Shown here: one piece after another, positions 41,601-55,000 of the stretch
Layout of the letters: the number at the start of each line of letters is the position of its first letter
Numbering within the stretch: the first letter of the stretch is position 1
Source of the DNA: Lama guanicoe
Lineage: Eukaryota
Direction of reading: 5' to 3'
Length of the DNA stretch: 64,000 bases
NCBI GenBank assembly: GCA_013239625.1
Contig: MU053881.1
Span: forward strand, 14,126,373 to 14,190,372
Translations under genes and position numbers: made by a program
The notes under the pieces: model-generated
Seen by the model: only the letters and a program-made list of their open reading frames with translations
Database searches by the model: none
Told to the model about the DNA's origin: nothing

Positions 41601-44600
41601 CCCACAGCCGTCATACCCCATTTTGCAGATGAGGAACTGAGGTACAAAGGGATGAATTTCCCCAAGGTCAGGAGTCTCCTGAGATTAATTCCGTGTAACC
41701 CAAGGTCAAGTACCTGCAGAGCCAAGCTCTTCCTGCCGCTAGAGCCCATGTTTTATCTGCTACAATCTACTGCCTCCCCTTTGAGCCCAAATTTTACCAA
41801 AATAACAGAGGATGTCAGGAAGTGAGGAGCAGGTGGGTGAGGAGGTAGTCCCAGGACCCCTTACACAGGGTGAGCCTGGGGCAGGCAGGAAGCTGACAGC
41901 TGTGTAACCCGCCTCATGACAGCAGCGACTTGAGTCTGACTTAATAAGCTAGAGTGTGCTCACTCCTATGGTTTGTTGTCACTTGAAATCCACAAGGCAA
42001 CCAGCTAAACGCCATCAAACCACTCACTGCTGGAGCTGATATATTGGTTTTCTTTAATTTTGCACAGAAAGTATGTAAATGGTGTCTTGATTTGACTGCT
42101 AAGGGGTACAGCATGGTAATTAAAATTTAGCAGCCTAAAAGAACAGACTTTATCAAAAGACAAAGGCTGAGTTTGATTCTTAGCTGCATGGCTTGGGTAC
42201 CTGGGGTTGATGGAAGGGGAAATAGACTTGGAGTCAGAATCCTGGGTCCTTCGTATGGCTCTGTTGTTGATTTATTCTTTCACTTGGAGCAGGTCCCTTC
42301 TACGCTTTGGTCTTGAGTTTCTCCCCCTGGAAAAAGAGCTGACTGAATGAGATCAGTAGTTTTAAAATTTTATTTTCCTTTCTTTGGACAAAATTTTATG
42401 CAGAACTTCAAGATAGGAGGGGAGCTGCCCAGAGTTAATGCTGGGGTGGAGGCCTTTGGCCCCTACCACTCTTGCACAAGCAACACCAACACCTTAGGTG
42501 AAGAAGTGAGCATGAATATTACTGGCTTTCAAGTACTATCCTGCCACAGGACCTTGGCATGTACTGTTCCCCAGCCTAAAGCCAATTTCTCCCTACTCTT
42601 CTGTCTCCCTTAAATGTCACCTCCTCTGAGAAGCCTTCCCTGACTACCCTCTCTAACATCATCTTTTCTTTATTAGCCCCTTGTTTATTGTCTACTTCAT
42701 GGCACTTTTTGCTAACTGTAATTATCTTCTTTATTTGTTTCCTTCTCTAGTTTTCACCAGCATGTGAGTCATCTGTCTTATGCCTGTATCCCACCAGCAG
42801 CCCATAATAGCATCTTTGTGCAAATTAGAAAAAGATGTCTTCCTTGAGACAGCTTCCTGACACTTGCCAGAAATGTGTCCTAAGAGATAAATCTATGACA
42901 ACTACAACACGAGGGCTACCTCTAGAGTTGTGCAGTGCACAACCTGCATAGTAGTTCCATCCATGCCCACCAGGGTCCAGCATTGGGGGGTGAGGCATGT
43001 GTTCAGTAAAAACCCGCTGACAAATTGTGTGATGTCCCTACAGCTGGTCTCAGAACCTCCCTGCAGCAGGACACACTCAGGTTAGAGAATGAAGGCTTTC
43101 TGGTACTGAAGTCTCCAGCGAGGAGAGCCGAGGGTATAATTCAGGCCAGAGGCAACCAGGGGCCAAGGTGAGAATCCTGTTTTCTTTCACAGGCCACGAG
43201 ACAAAAGCCATGCTGAACAACAGCGGCCCTCGGTACAAACGCAGCAAGATCGAGCGGCGCATGAACACGGACATCTTCTTCTGCATCGGGCTCCTCTTCC
43301 TCATGTGCCTCATCGGGGCCATAGGTATGGCACGTTCTGGAAAGAACAACCCCACGTCATCGTTTCTTTGGGCGAGCTGCTTTGACTCAGAGTCCCCATT
43401 TCCTCATCCACAAAACGGGGTTCATTAAAAAAAAGCAAGCCTATTCTGTGCTGTAACAGGATGCCAATTAAGTCAAAATGCAGGTGAAAGGCTCTTCACA
43501 GGATTATGTGCTCCAAATATTAGAAGGAGCATCCTTGATGTATTTGTCCTGCAAATACTTCCTGAACTCGGGCGCTCCCGTACCGTGAGAGGGTGACAGG
43601 ATGACACAGTCTCAGGACCGGTCCTCAAAGACTCATCATCCTGCAGAAAGAAGCCCAACTCAAGCCAGAATCAGAAACACGGTCTGTCCCACTCAAGGTG
43701 GGCTGCACACAGGGACTGTATCCGTTTGCTATTGCTGCTGTAGAAAGTTAACACGAACTTAGTGTTTAAAACAACGCTGGTTTGCACTGTTACAGCTCTG
43801 GCGTTGTGAAGTCCAAAATCAATTTCACTGGGTTAAGACCACGGTGTCCATAGGGCTGGCTCCCTTCTGGAGACTCTGAGAGGAGAGCTGGTCGCTTGTC
43901 TTTTTCAGTTTCTATTGGCCGTCTAGATTCCTTGGTTTGAAGCACTTTCCTTCGTCATCAAAGCACGTTACCCAATTTCCCCCCACATTTCCTTCTCCTT
44001 GTCTGTGGTGGTATCTCCCTCTGCCTCTCTTTTATAAGGACACTTGTCACTCCATCGTTGGGCCCACCTGGATAATCCAGGCTCCTCCTCCCCATGTCAA
44101 GATCCTTAACGTAATCATGCTTTGCCATCTAAATTAGCATACTCGCAGGGCTCCAGGATGAGGACGGGGACTCCTGGCGGGGGAGCATTATTCAGCCTAC
44201 GACTGCATTACAGGAGCATCAGAGAAGGTAGTCTCACTAGAGCTGATTCCCAGATGCAGGAGGCGTCCACCAAAGGAGGGAGGTGGCAGGGCATGCTGGG
44301 GCGGGCAGCTGTGAGAAGGAAGCGAGAGGTCACTCCTAGCCCTGGGGACAGCACAAGCAAAGCACAGCAGTAGGAAGGAGCATCCTTTTATGCAGAGGAA
44401 TGTTCGACTGTTTGGTGTGGCCAGAGCAACGCCAAGGATGGAGCCCTGGTGAGAACCAGGTTGTGGCCGAGGTCTGCAACTGCTGGCTGTAGAGAGCTCC
44501 AGGAGGTGTAGACCCATGTGATCCACAGCCATTTAAGTCGCTCTTCAGAGGGGAGACAAAGAAGGGCCCTTGCTCTTACCCACTCCACTCTCTACGTCTT

Positions 44601-47600
44601 AACTCTAAGGATGGTTCTTAGGACCCTAGAGGAGACCCCAAAAAGGATCAGGGAGGATCCAGAGGAAGAACTCGTATGCAGAGTCCAGGACCCGCACCCC
44701 TCCGCTGACCCCACACGAACGAGCAGCGATGGCGTTCGCTCTTCACTCACTTTCATCAGAAATTGTGCCCATCACTGATTTTAACAGACGATGTCTGACA
44801 TCCCGAGGTCGTCCCAGGACAAATGGAGATCTCGTGCGGCGCCACAGTGAAGTCAGGTGGTGGGGATTTAGTCTTATGCGTGGCCTGGAGCTTTTTTAAT
44901 GACAGCACTTCCCAGATGTGTCTAACGGCTCTCCGTGTGGGGGGCTGGCGTCAGGACAGGTTTTTCAGAGCACGTCAGACCTGCAAAGGACATATGAGAT
45001 CATCTCACTGTGTCTCCCGAGAAAGGAAGTTAATGATGAAAAGGTCACACGGTGAGATGAGGTACATGCGAACCAGAGTCAGCTTGGCCGAGTGCCCCAA
45101 ATAGTAAGTAAACTGAGAGAGTAATGGGGAGGGGCAGGACTCTGTTCTCTCTGAGAGTAACAACTCATACAGAGTGGCAGGCCTCTGCTGGCGCCTAATT
45201 TAAGTACAGCTCCTGCAGGCGGTAAAAGCTCTTGAATGAGCACCATTCTGGGGTTATTTATCACACATTTACTTTAATGGTGTAAAATGCTGTTTCTTTT
45301 TTAATTCCCTTGAAAGTGCCCCCCTCAACCTTTCTTACCACCCAGGACCCACCTGGGCTGCAGGGCCTGGCCTGGCCTCCTCCTCCACGCAGCCTTCTCT
45401 GATTTCTCTCCTGGTCTGTCTTCTGAAAGCCAGTGATCCTTACTGCGCGCCGTATATTTGGCCCTTAACCTCACGTCTAGGAGTCTGCTTTCTTCTGCCA
45501 TGTCTGATGGTATTTGGCCCGACCTGCTGGGCAAGGAAGCATCCTAGGGGCTGGGCAGCATCCGCTGTGCCTTTTATTCCCTACAGTTGCTACCCTGGGG
45601 CTAAGGGCATCATACACATCAGGGTATTCTGTTCTCACAGTAACTCCATGGAGAAGGCATTGTAACTAATTGACAAATGAGGATACTGAGGTTCAGAGAG
45701 CTCGGAAGCAGGTGCCAGGCACACTTCACCTGATCAGTTCTCCCATGATGGGGGTGGTCATCCCCATTTGCAGATAAGGAAACAGAGGGTTCTGTCTGCA
45801 TCCAGTGCTGCTGTCACAAAATCTTAGAGCATTCCAGGATCTGGCATAGCACCCCTCACACTGTGGGATTTGTGTCTTTTCGTCTGGCTCCCTGACTTAG
45901 TAGGTAGCTCCTCAAAGACAAGAACTAGGACCAACTCCTTCTCGAATTAATAAATTTGGGGTAAAAGGAGGATAGGAAGGAGGCAGGAAGGAGTGGGTGA
46001 ACAGAGATATGGATGGATGGATGGATGGATACATGCATGGGAGAAAAAGAGGGGCTAGGGTACAGATCCATCAAGACTTCTCAGCTATGTACTTTCTACT
46101 ACACAACTAGAAAAAAAAAAACTCATGCCCCTTTCTCTCTTTCCAACCTCTGTATAACAGGGCTTCAACAAAATGTAAGTAATCCTCATGCTCGTCTCCT
46201 CTGGGAGGAGAGACTTAATGTCTATCAGGAGATTGAAATACAGGGTAGATGAAGGACCACTTTAGAGCTAAATGAACACACACACACACCCCTATGTTAT
46301 GTAGAATAAGGATGAGTTTCTCCAAAGCATGCTCTTTTCCAGGAATAAGGCAAGGAAGGGCTGATGTAATTGACCAGTTTGGGATTAAGTGGAGATTTTG
46401 CCTCATCGCTGGCTTTGCCTCCTCTAGGTCACGGCCTCTGGAATGGGACCTTTGCAGAACACCCTCCCTTTGATGTACCAGATGCCAAGGGCAACTTCCT
46501 TCCCCTGGCCCTCGGGGGCTTCTACATGTTCCTCACGATGATTATCCTGCTCCAGGTAGGAGGCCCTCCTGAACTCGGGGCTCAAAAGACCTGTGGCCAA
46601 TATCTGTACAACTCTGCAAAAGAAAGGAAAAAAAGAAAAAGAAAAGTCAGTGCTGAGCCCAAGAAAGAACTGACTGGACTGAGATGGGGAAATGTGGATT
46701 GCTTTCTTATGGGGCTTGGAAAGTATTCACCTCGGGGGTGATGTCAGGACCAGCCCTGCCTCGTGGAGGGGACCTTGGCCCCAGATAATAGCAGAGAGAA
46801 ATATTTATCAGGCTTTTCTCTCCAAGAATAAGACTGCAGCCGTAAGCCATGTGTCCCTGTCCCTTTGCCAGCTATAGAACAGGTAAGACCCTCATGACCT
46901 GGGGACAACAAAAGATAACACAGCACAGAGAACTGCAGAGAACTTTCAAGCCCCAAGCACTGAGAGAAGGAACTCCAGGTTAGTGTTCTCCCATTTGATA
47001 GATGGAGGGAAAAACCAAAACCACGGAGCACCTACGAGGGAGGTAAGGAAGGCACCTCCTACAGGTAAACACCTACAAGGTGCAGGCGGGTATAGAGATG
47101 AAGAAAAAAAAAACCTTCAGGCCCCGTAAGAAATTACAGTCTTTGAAAAGACAAGGGGGAGTTGTGGTTTTGCTTTGCTGAAACCCATCTAAGGTTGAGT
47201 TCTTACATTATTGAGGGTGTCACGTTGTCCTCTTACTGGTGAACCTTTTTCACTCATTAGTTCTCTTGCTCACTGAGCAGAGTAGTCTTTTTAAAATGTG
47301 AGTCGGGTCATGGCCCTCCTCTGCACTGAACCCTCTGATGGGATCACAATCAAAGTGAAATCCAAAGTTCTTACCGCAATCAGCAAGGCCCTGAATGATC
47401 CAAACCCTGCCTCCCTCCTGGCCAGCATCTGGGAGCTGTCCCCACTCAGTCACACGCAACCCTGCTGACTCCTACCCACCCTCAAACACCCAGCCTGCGG
47501 TGCCCGGAATGCTCCTCCTCCTCCCGCAGATAACCTCACGCTCACACCCTCATTTCTTCAGGTCTCTGTGCAAAGGTCGTGGTTTATGAAAGAGTCCCTC

Positions 47601-49012
47601 CCCGCCTTCACCCTCTACCCTCTTTTCTTTATTCTTTCACATGAGATTTAACCACCACCAGATACATGTTACTTTGTTTACTGAAATGCGAGGTCTTCAA
47701 AGCTGGGGGTTTTGTTCCACTCACTGCTGTTTGCAGGACCTAGAACAGCACATGACACACAGCAAATGCTCATCAGACACACGGTATCGGATGGGTGGGC
47801 CATGGTCCACAATGGGTCGGAAAGTCTGTCAAAGTGAGCGGCAGTCCTTGGTGGCACAGAGATCCAAGGGGCATCAGGAGACTCAGACAGAGGCCCCCAG
47901 AGCCCCTCACACACTTCCTGCTCAGTCAATAAACAGCCAACGGTGAGTGCCTCTCCCATGCCAGACATCCCTGACTGAAGAAGCCTTATCACTTTTTCAG
48001 ATTCCCCTAAGAATCCCAAGAGAGGCACGAGGTCACTTCGATTTCTCAGGAAAGTCCATGATGTAATCTGACCTCAGCTTTGCATGAGATGCCTTTGCTC
48101 CCCACCCCCCACCCTCACTCAGTGAGGGTCCTGAGGTGAGGAACCAGCCTGGCTGCTGACACGGTGGGAATCCATCTCCCCACAGGTGCTGATCCCAATC
48201 TCCCTGTACGTGTCCATCGAGCTGGTGAAGCTCGGGCAAGTCTTCTTGCTGCACAATGACCTCGACCTGTATGATGAAGACACCGATTTGTCCATTCAAT
48301 GTCGCGCCCTCAACATCACTGAGGACTTGGGCCAGATCCAGTACATCTTCTCAGACAAGACGGGGACGCTGACCGAGAACAAGATGGTGTTCCGGCGCTG
48401 CACCATCACGGGCAGCGAGTATTCTCACCAAGAGAATGGTGCGAGGGCTTCCGGGGGCCCCATCCCTCTTCTAAAGGAACGGCCCCTGTCCTCCTAAGAG
48501 AATGGTGACAAAAGCCATCATTCCGGCTCCCTGCAGAGCTGGGTGGCTCTGCGAGCGGGAGCTTCCCGCATCCCCATGGACTTCCTCGTCACAGATCAGC
48601 GCTGTCCTCATCACTGGGAAACTTCCACTTGTTCACAGGGGCAATCACCGATCTCCTGTGTGCTAGCCCTCTGGCCTGTCGACCTTTGTCTGGGGCCATT
48701 TACACACACGATTTTTATCTGTCAGGAGTGCGCTGGGGACATGTCCCAGTTATGCACCAGTAATGCAGGCAAACTTGAAGAATTTCTCAGGTCACCTTAC
48801 CGGACAGGACAGGCCTCAGGCTGGGCGCGTGGTCAGACATGGTACATCCAGGAAATGCCCTCCACGCTGACTGATCCCGGAGGTTTCCACTGAGGCAAAG
48901 CTTTTAAGCTTGGGAGATACGGCTGTAAAATGCCTGGGGACTGTCATTATGCGTGCACTGACGGTGGCCTGTAAAGCTGGCCTGATTGCATCAGCTCCCT
49001 CCCTGACCACAC

Positions 49013-49050
<38 letters not shown>

Positions 49051-52000
49051 TTGAGGACTAGGAGAAGAAACTCAGAGCAGCAGCCTCCTCTTGAGTGACA
49101 GGGGTGGACAAAGCGAAGGGAGGGGATATCACAGGCCGCAGCCCAGTCTCCTTTGCCACAGTGGTGACCATTTACATGGGAGCTTCCCATCTCTTTTTAG
49201 CAATAACAACAGCTCCCATCAGCAGGGCTCAGAGTGTGCTGATCACCTGAACACATTATATCAGTAAGTCTTCAAAACAAGCCTAGAGCCCCTGATGGAG
49301 GAAATGGAGGCACAGATTAGGCAAAGCTCAAGGTCACATACCTGGGAGGCAGCAGAGGCAGGATTTGAACCCGTGTGACTTAGCGTCACCTCTTGCTCCA
49401 GTCAGGGGAGCCAGCTGCCCGTTTCCCAGAGCAGCACGGTGCCCTTACTCCACCCCGCAGCCTGGCATCGCCCATCCCCCGCCCACGGTGCGGCCAGGGT
49501 AGGACTGGTGCCATAACAGGACTCCTTTCTTGCAGCCAAGCGACTGGAGACCCCAAAGGAGCTGGACTCCGACAGTGAAGAGTGGACCCAGTACCAAGGC
49601 CTGTCCTTCCCAGCCTGCTGGGACCAGGTCCCAGCGACAGTGAGGGACCGAGGAGGGTCCCAGCCTCTGAGGAGGAGCCAGAGTGCCCGGGTGCCCATCC
49701 AGGGCCACTCGCGCCAAAGGTCCGTGGGACGCTGTGAAATCTCCCCGCCCCCTGTGGCCTTCAGCAGTGCTATAGTAAGTCCCTGCCTTTTCCCCTTGGG
49801 ATGTAAGTGATGTCTCTCGGGGAGAGTTGGGAGAGGGCTCTGGGGTGTGAAAGAGAAAAGGCTATAAATCCTGAAGGGCTGTCACAACGAGCTGTCTCCA
49901 GGGCCTGGATGTCACCATCCTGCCCTGGCTGCCATGATTAAAAGCAGGTTCCGACTAAGTTTATTCAGACACAGTAAGGAATTTGATGCATGGAGTAAGA
50001 CCCAATTCTTCCTTGCGCAGGCAGGCGAGGATGGTGGCGTGTGCTCTTTATGAGCTGTTGGATGTGCCGATCCCGTCAGGGTGAAGACCTGGGGTTAGTG
50101 AGGCAGCAGCCTCCCGGCTATCTGTTGGAGAGAGGACTGGGCCAAGGGTCAGGAAGCGTAGGCCCTGGCTTCAGCTCTGCTCCTGTCTTGCTGAGAAACC
50201 TTAAGAACAAGTTAAACCTCTTTCTATCCCTGTTTCATCACCTGAAAAGCCTTTGCTTCCACCTCTCTCTGGCTGTTCTGAAAGGCGAGGAATATGACGC
50301 TGGTGCTGACCTGCAAGGTCCCTGCCAGCTATGAATTAGGCACTTGGGGGGTCCGGTGCCCCAGGGTTTCATCTCCGCGCCAGCGGGTATCAGCCCTGTG
50401 ACTTCAGTCAGCTTCCTGAGCTGGAAGCCTCAATGTTCCCATCTTGAAAAAGGGTGACTGTTATGCCTCGTGAGTTGATCCTGAGGACTTAATTCTGAAA
50501 ATCCTGTGTCCCAGACAGATGGATAACTAACAGAAGTTTTCGGTGATCTTTCTAGAGGAAAGCTGTCTGCCTTGGTCAAATGCTCACATGACTGATGACA
50601 GGGAGGGGAAATGTGAGTTTTCATGAAATATAATGTCGAGCCCTCTCCCCGGAGAGGCTGGTATATTTGGTCCCGGGCGGGGCCTACGCATTTGTGTTTT
50701 TATTTCTGATAATTCTAGTGAGCAACCAAGATTGAGAGCCTCTCCAAGCATCACATCACCTCACTTGGAAGTGGTCCTTATTTGGCTCAAACAGGCACCT
50801 GCTACAGCTTGGGAGGTACTGGCTAAAGACGGTGATTTCTGCGGCCTTAAAGGGCTCTGACACTAACCTACGAAACATCTGTGGCTGGAGTGGCAGATCC
50901 TGGAATGAGTCCGTAGAGAAGGCCTGTGGCAGCCCCAGGTGGACGCCTGGGCTCCCGCCCCCACCCACTCTCGGCAGGCTCTCCGTGTTGCCTCCTCTTC
51001 CATCTGCACATCTGGCACCCAGTCTGCTAAGCTAGTCTGTCGGCTGCACCAGTCCTTCCCCTCCCCCTTGTAAACTCAGCCAGAACTTGGCCTCTGAAAC
51101 CTCAGGGGTGCCAGGTCATGGCAGAGCGCCCGACCACACTCCAAACAAGCTCGTTGTTGGCTTCCTTGGCCCTTTGCTCTAAACCAAAACTAAAATGAGC
51201 ATCAGCAGTAACCACCACTGCCACAAAAGCTGGCTTTTTCCTTCACTACCAAGAGCGAGGAATCATCAGGTATTGTTGCCTAACCGGCTGCTGTAAAATC
51301 TGTGGCTTTAGGTTGGGTAATAGACTTACGAAGTGGTGAGTTCTGAGCCAACGTTTAATAGTACCAGCAGATGGAAAATGAAATGCCTTCCCCCACCCCC
51401 CCGGTCCCTAAGTAGCCAAGATTGGAGTAGAGAGTCTTTGCTTAGAAGTGCCACTTGCAAACATGTTTTCCAGAATCAACAGACCATAAAGAATATCTTC
51501 CTAATCGTAACGTTTGCATTAGGCTCCAGACTGTACCATGGCCCCGCCCCCACTGTGTGGAAAGAGTGCAGTAGAGAGAAGTACAGGGGGCGTCTTTGGC
51601 CCTCTGCCTCCCCTCCTGAAACTCGGCCTTCCTTTCTTGCGTTGGACCTGGTTTCTGCTCCGGGTTGGCGGGGGCAGGCCGCAGGCACACACTCCCACGG
51701 CGAGGCGCGCTAAGTGTCCTGATTTAAGCTGCCAAGCACACAGCGCCTTTTTGGCAGTGATGTGAGGGCAAGAAACAGATGAAGCCCGTCTCAGCGTTGC
51801 TTCCCTTGGCTCCCAGGGTCCCCACGGGGGTCGCACAGCTGCAGCGACCCTGTTCACAAGAACGGGGTCTTGCAAGACCTGGCAAACCCGCTTCCTGCTA
51901 GGCCACTGCGCTGCTTCCCTTGAGGCTTATGTCCCGCGTGAGAAAAGCTTACCTTTAACATTCCCTGTGCTTCTATTTAAGCAACTCGTTACTGACATGG

Positions 52001-55000
52001 GGCTCTCCCCGTTCTTGAACCAAACTCAGTATCATCAAGGCCACAACTTCAGCGAGGCCAAAAACGTCACTGCCCTAAGTTTTTCAGGTATATTTCAGTA
52101 CGTTTCATCGTTTAGCTCTCTAGCAACCGGGAAAATTTGTTTCCACAATAGTGATGCAGCCACATGGCTCAGTATTCAAAAGGAACCAAAGGGCAAATGG
52201 AAGAGAGGAAGTCCTGTGTCCCCCATCACCTCAGAGACAGCCATTACTCACAGTTTCCTGGGTCCTTACCGGAGGGCCAGTGTCTACACTGAATCCTGCG
52301 GTGGGCGATGCACATAAGCACATCCCTTCCCACAAACAGAAACATGCCAAACGCACTCTTTTGGACTTTGGAAATTTTTTTTTATTGAAGCGTATAGTTG
52401 ATTTATAATGTTGTGTTAGTTTCTGGTGTATAGCATCATGATTCAGTTATATTTATATATATATATATTATTTTTTATAGTCTTTATCATTATAGGTTAT
52501 TACAAGATAGTGAATGTAGTTCCCTGTGCTGTATAAGTAGGTCCTGGTAGTTTGTATCCGCTAATCCCAAACTCCTAGTTTATCCCTCCCCCATCCTTTC
52601 TGCTTTGAAACCGTAAGTTTGTTTTCCACTTCTGTGAGTCTTTCTGTTTTGTAAATAAGTTCATTGGACTTTTCGTTTAACATAATGAATCTTGGGGACT
52701 ATTTTATACATGTAGAGAGACAGACAGATACTCCGTGGAGAGCTGCCTTGTCCCTTTTTCAGTGGCTTTGAGGATTTGTTGGGTGGTTGAGCCATCATCT
52801 GTTTATATCCGTGTGTAAGTTTTTCTACAGCATTCTTAGAGCATAATTGCTAAATTGGGAGTGTGTGCATTTTTTTTTTAATTTTGACTTATACTTCCCA
52901 AGTAGTTGTACCAGCTTAGACATGCCCCAACAGCAGATAGGAGGGTCCGCTTCCTGCCTCCTCTGCCAAGTCTGTGTATCCTCAGTATCCACATTTCTTT
53001 AGAACAGGCTTTCATTTATTGTCAGGCAGCCAGCAAACACTAAGCAAGCATCCGCAACATGGCAGGTACTGTTCTAAAGGCTGGGGACGTAACATCTAAT
53101 GGAGCCTTCTCCCTGATTGCAGGTGCTTACAGCCCAGGGAAGGGGCAGGAAGAGCCCCGCTGACTGCAGGCAAGCACTCTCAGTGCTGGGGTGGGTGGCT
53201 GGGAGCCCAGAGGTGCACCTGCGTCAAACTAGGCATCAGGGGGGACTTCCTGGAAGAGTTTGCACCTGAGCTGAATTTGAGGCATACTAAAAGTTAACAA
53301 GAGCAAAGAGAAGAGATCGTCTAACGGGGAGAGGACAGGTGGTTGTAGGGGAGACAGTCCGCCCAGGCAGATGGAGAACTGGGGTTCTGAAGAGTAGCTG
53401 GGGAAAAAAAGGCACAGCTCGGAGAGAGGTAAAGGGAGAGATGGGGGCATGGGAGGAGCCAAGCCACAGAGTTTGCCTCCAGGCGTGAGCACCAGGGTTC
53501 CTGTTAATTTCCACCCCTGGCTCTGTGGGTTCCCATAGCAACAACCTGCTGCCCCCAGTCAGTGATGGTCACCAACGTGGTAAAAACTAGAGGAGAGCAG
53601 CAGATCGCAGCTCGGCCGGCTGGTCCCAGCCTCCAGCGTGGAACGCTCCCCAGTCAGGAGGTGAGCGGGAGCGACAGGGCAAGAGCCCAGAGCCTGGCTA
53701 CTCAAACTCTGGTCCTTGGACCAGCAGCAGGTGCACCACGTGGGAGCTTATGGAAATGCACGTGCTCCGGCCCTACTCCAGACCGGCTGAATCCGCATCT
53801 GCACTTAAATGAGATGCCCCATTGATTTGTGCACATGTTAGATAGAGTTTGGGAGGTGCCAGTATAGCGTTGAAGGGTTTCAGTTTGGGCATCAGGCAGA
53901 ACTGGACTCAAGACCCAGCTCTTTGACTTTGTGACCTCGGACAAGTTACGTATCTTCTGTGAGCCTCGTTTCCCTCATAAATAAAATGGGAGAGTGATAG
54001 TAGCTATTTTATTGCTGTTATAATGATTAAATGATGTACATGCAAGCACTTAGCAAAGCACCTGGCTTTGCTATAGATTGTCAATAAATATTATCTAATG
54101 ATAAGAGGTTCTTTGAGGGTGTGCTGTGAGGTCAGAGAGCGCCTTCCTCAGAGAGGGTTTGCATGTGCTTTAGGTGTTCAGCAACAGAAAGAAACCCAAC
54201 CAGTGGGGTGCTTGGCTGCCACAAAGCTCTGGTCTGAACAGCTAGTGGTCACACAGAGAAACAGACTAGTGGAAGGTCCCAGAGGTGGGTGGAGGCGCTG
54301 CTCTCCCTCTAGGAGTCCTACATGCCAAGCTCCTAAGTGTTAATGAACCGGACAGGAACCCCACGGGCTGTGGGCAGAGGGAGCCAGGGAGAACCTTGCC
54401 CTGCAGACACAAGTCTGCGAGCCCAGGGAAAGCTCCCCTGACGTCTGCCGCTGACACCTGCAGGCTGGGCCTGCTGCCAGCGCCAGGGAGAAGTTGGCCT
54501 CTGCAGAACTTTTCTTTAATGCATTACCGTAGGACTGGGTGGCAATACACTGAAGAAGAGTTCTAACAAAGGGAACGCCGTGGGTTAATCAGCAGTGAGC
54601 TAGCGCGGTGTCCTAGATAGGAGTCCGGCCACAAAGGTTTGGGTGCCCGCAGGCTGCCAGGCACCAGGGACACATCACAGCCTCTGCCCTCGCGGCACTT
54701 AGAGACCAGAGAGTAAGTGGACATGCAGTAAATAACCATTAAATCGCTTTAGCTGTGTCACCGTTTGGGAATACATAATGCATAGCTGAGAGCAGAGCAG
54801 TGGGCTGCCAGAGGCTGGAGTCAGGTGGTGTGAAAGCTGTCCGCACACTGACCCCGATTCAGTGTGCCATCTTGAGCAGTGCCTTCCCCTCCTCCCTGGC
54901 GCTCAGTTTTATCAGCAGGAAAATAAGGGATTTGGCTTTGATGACCTCGAAGCTTGTTCCCAAGTCTGAGTGTCTGTGGTAAGGGTTAAACGCATCTCAA

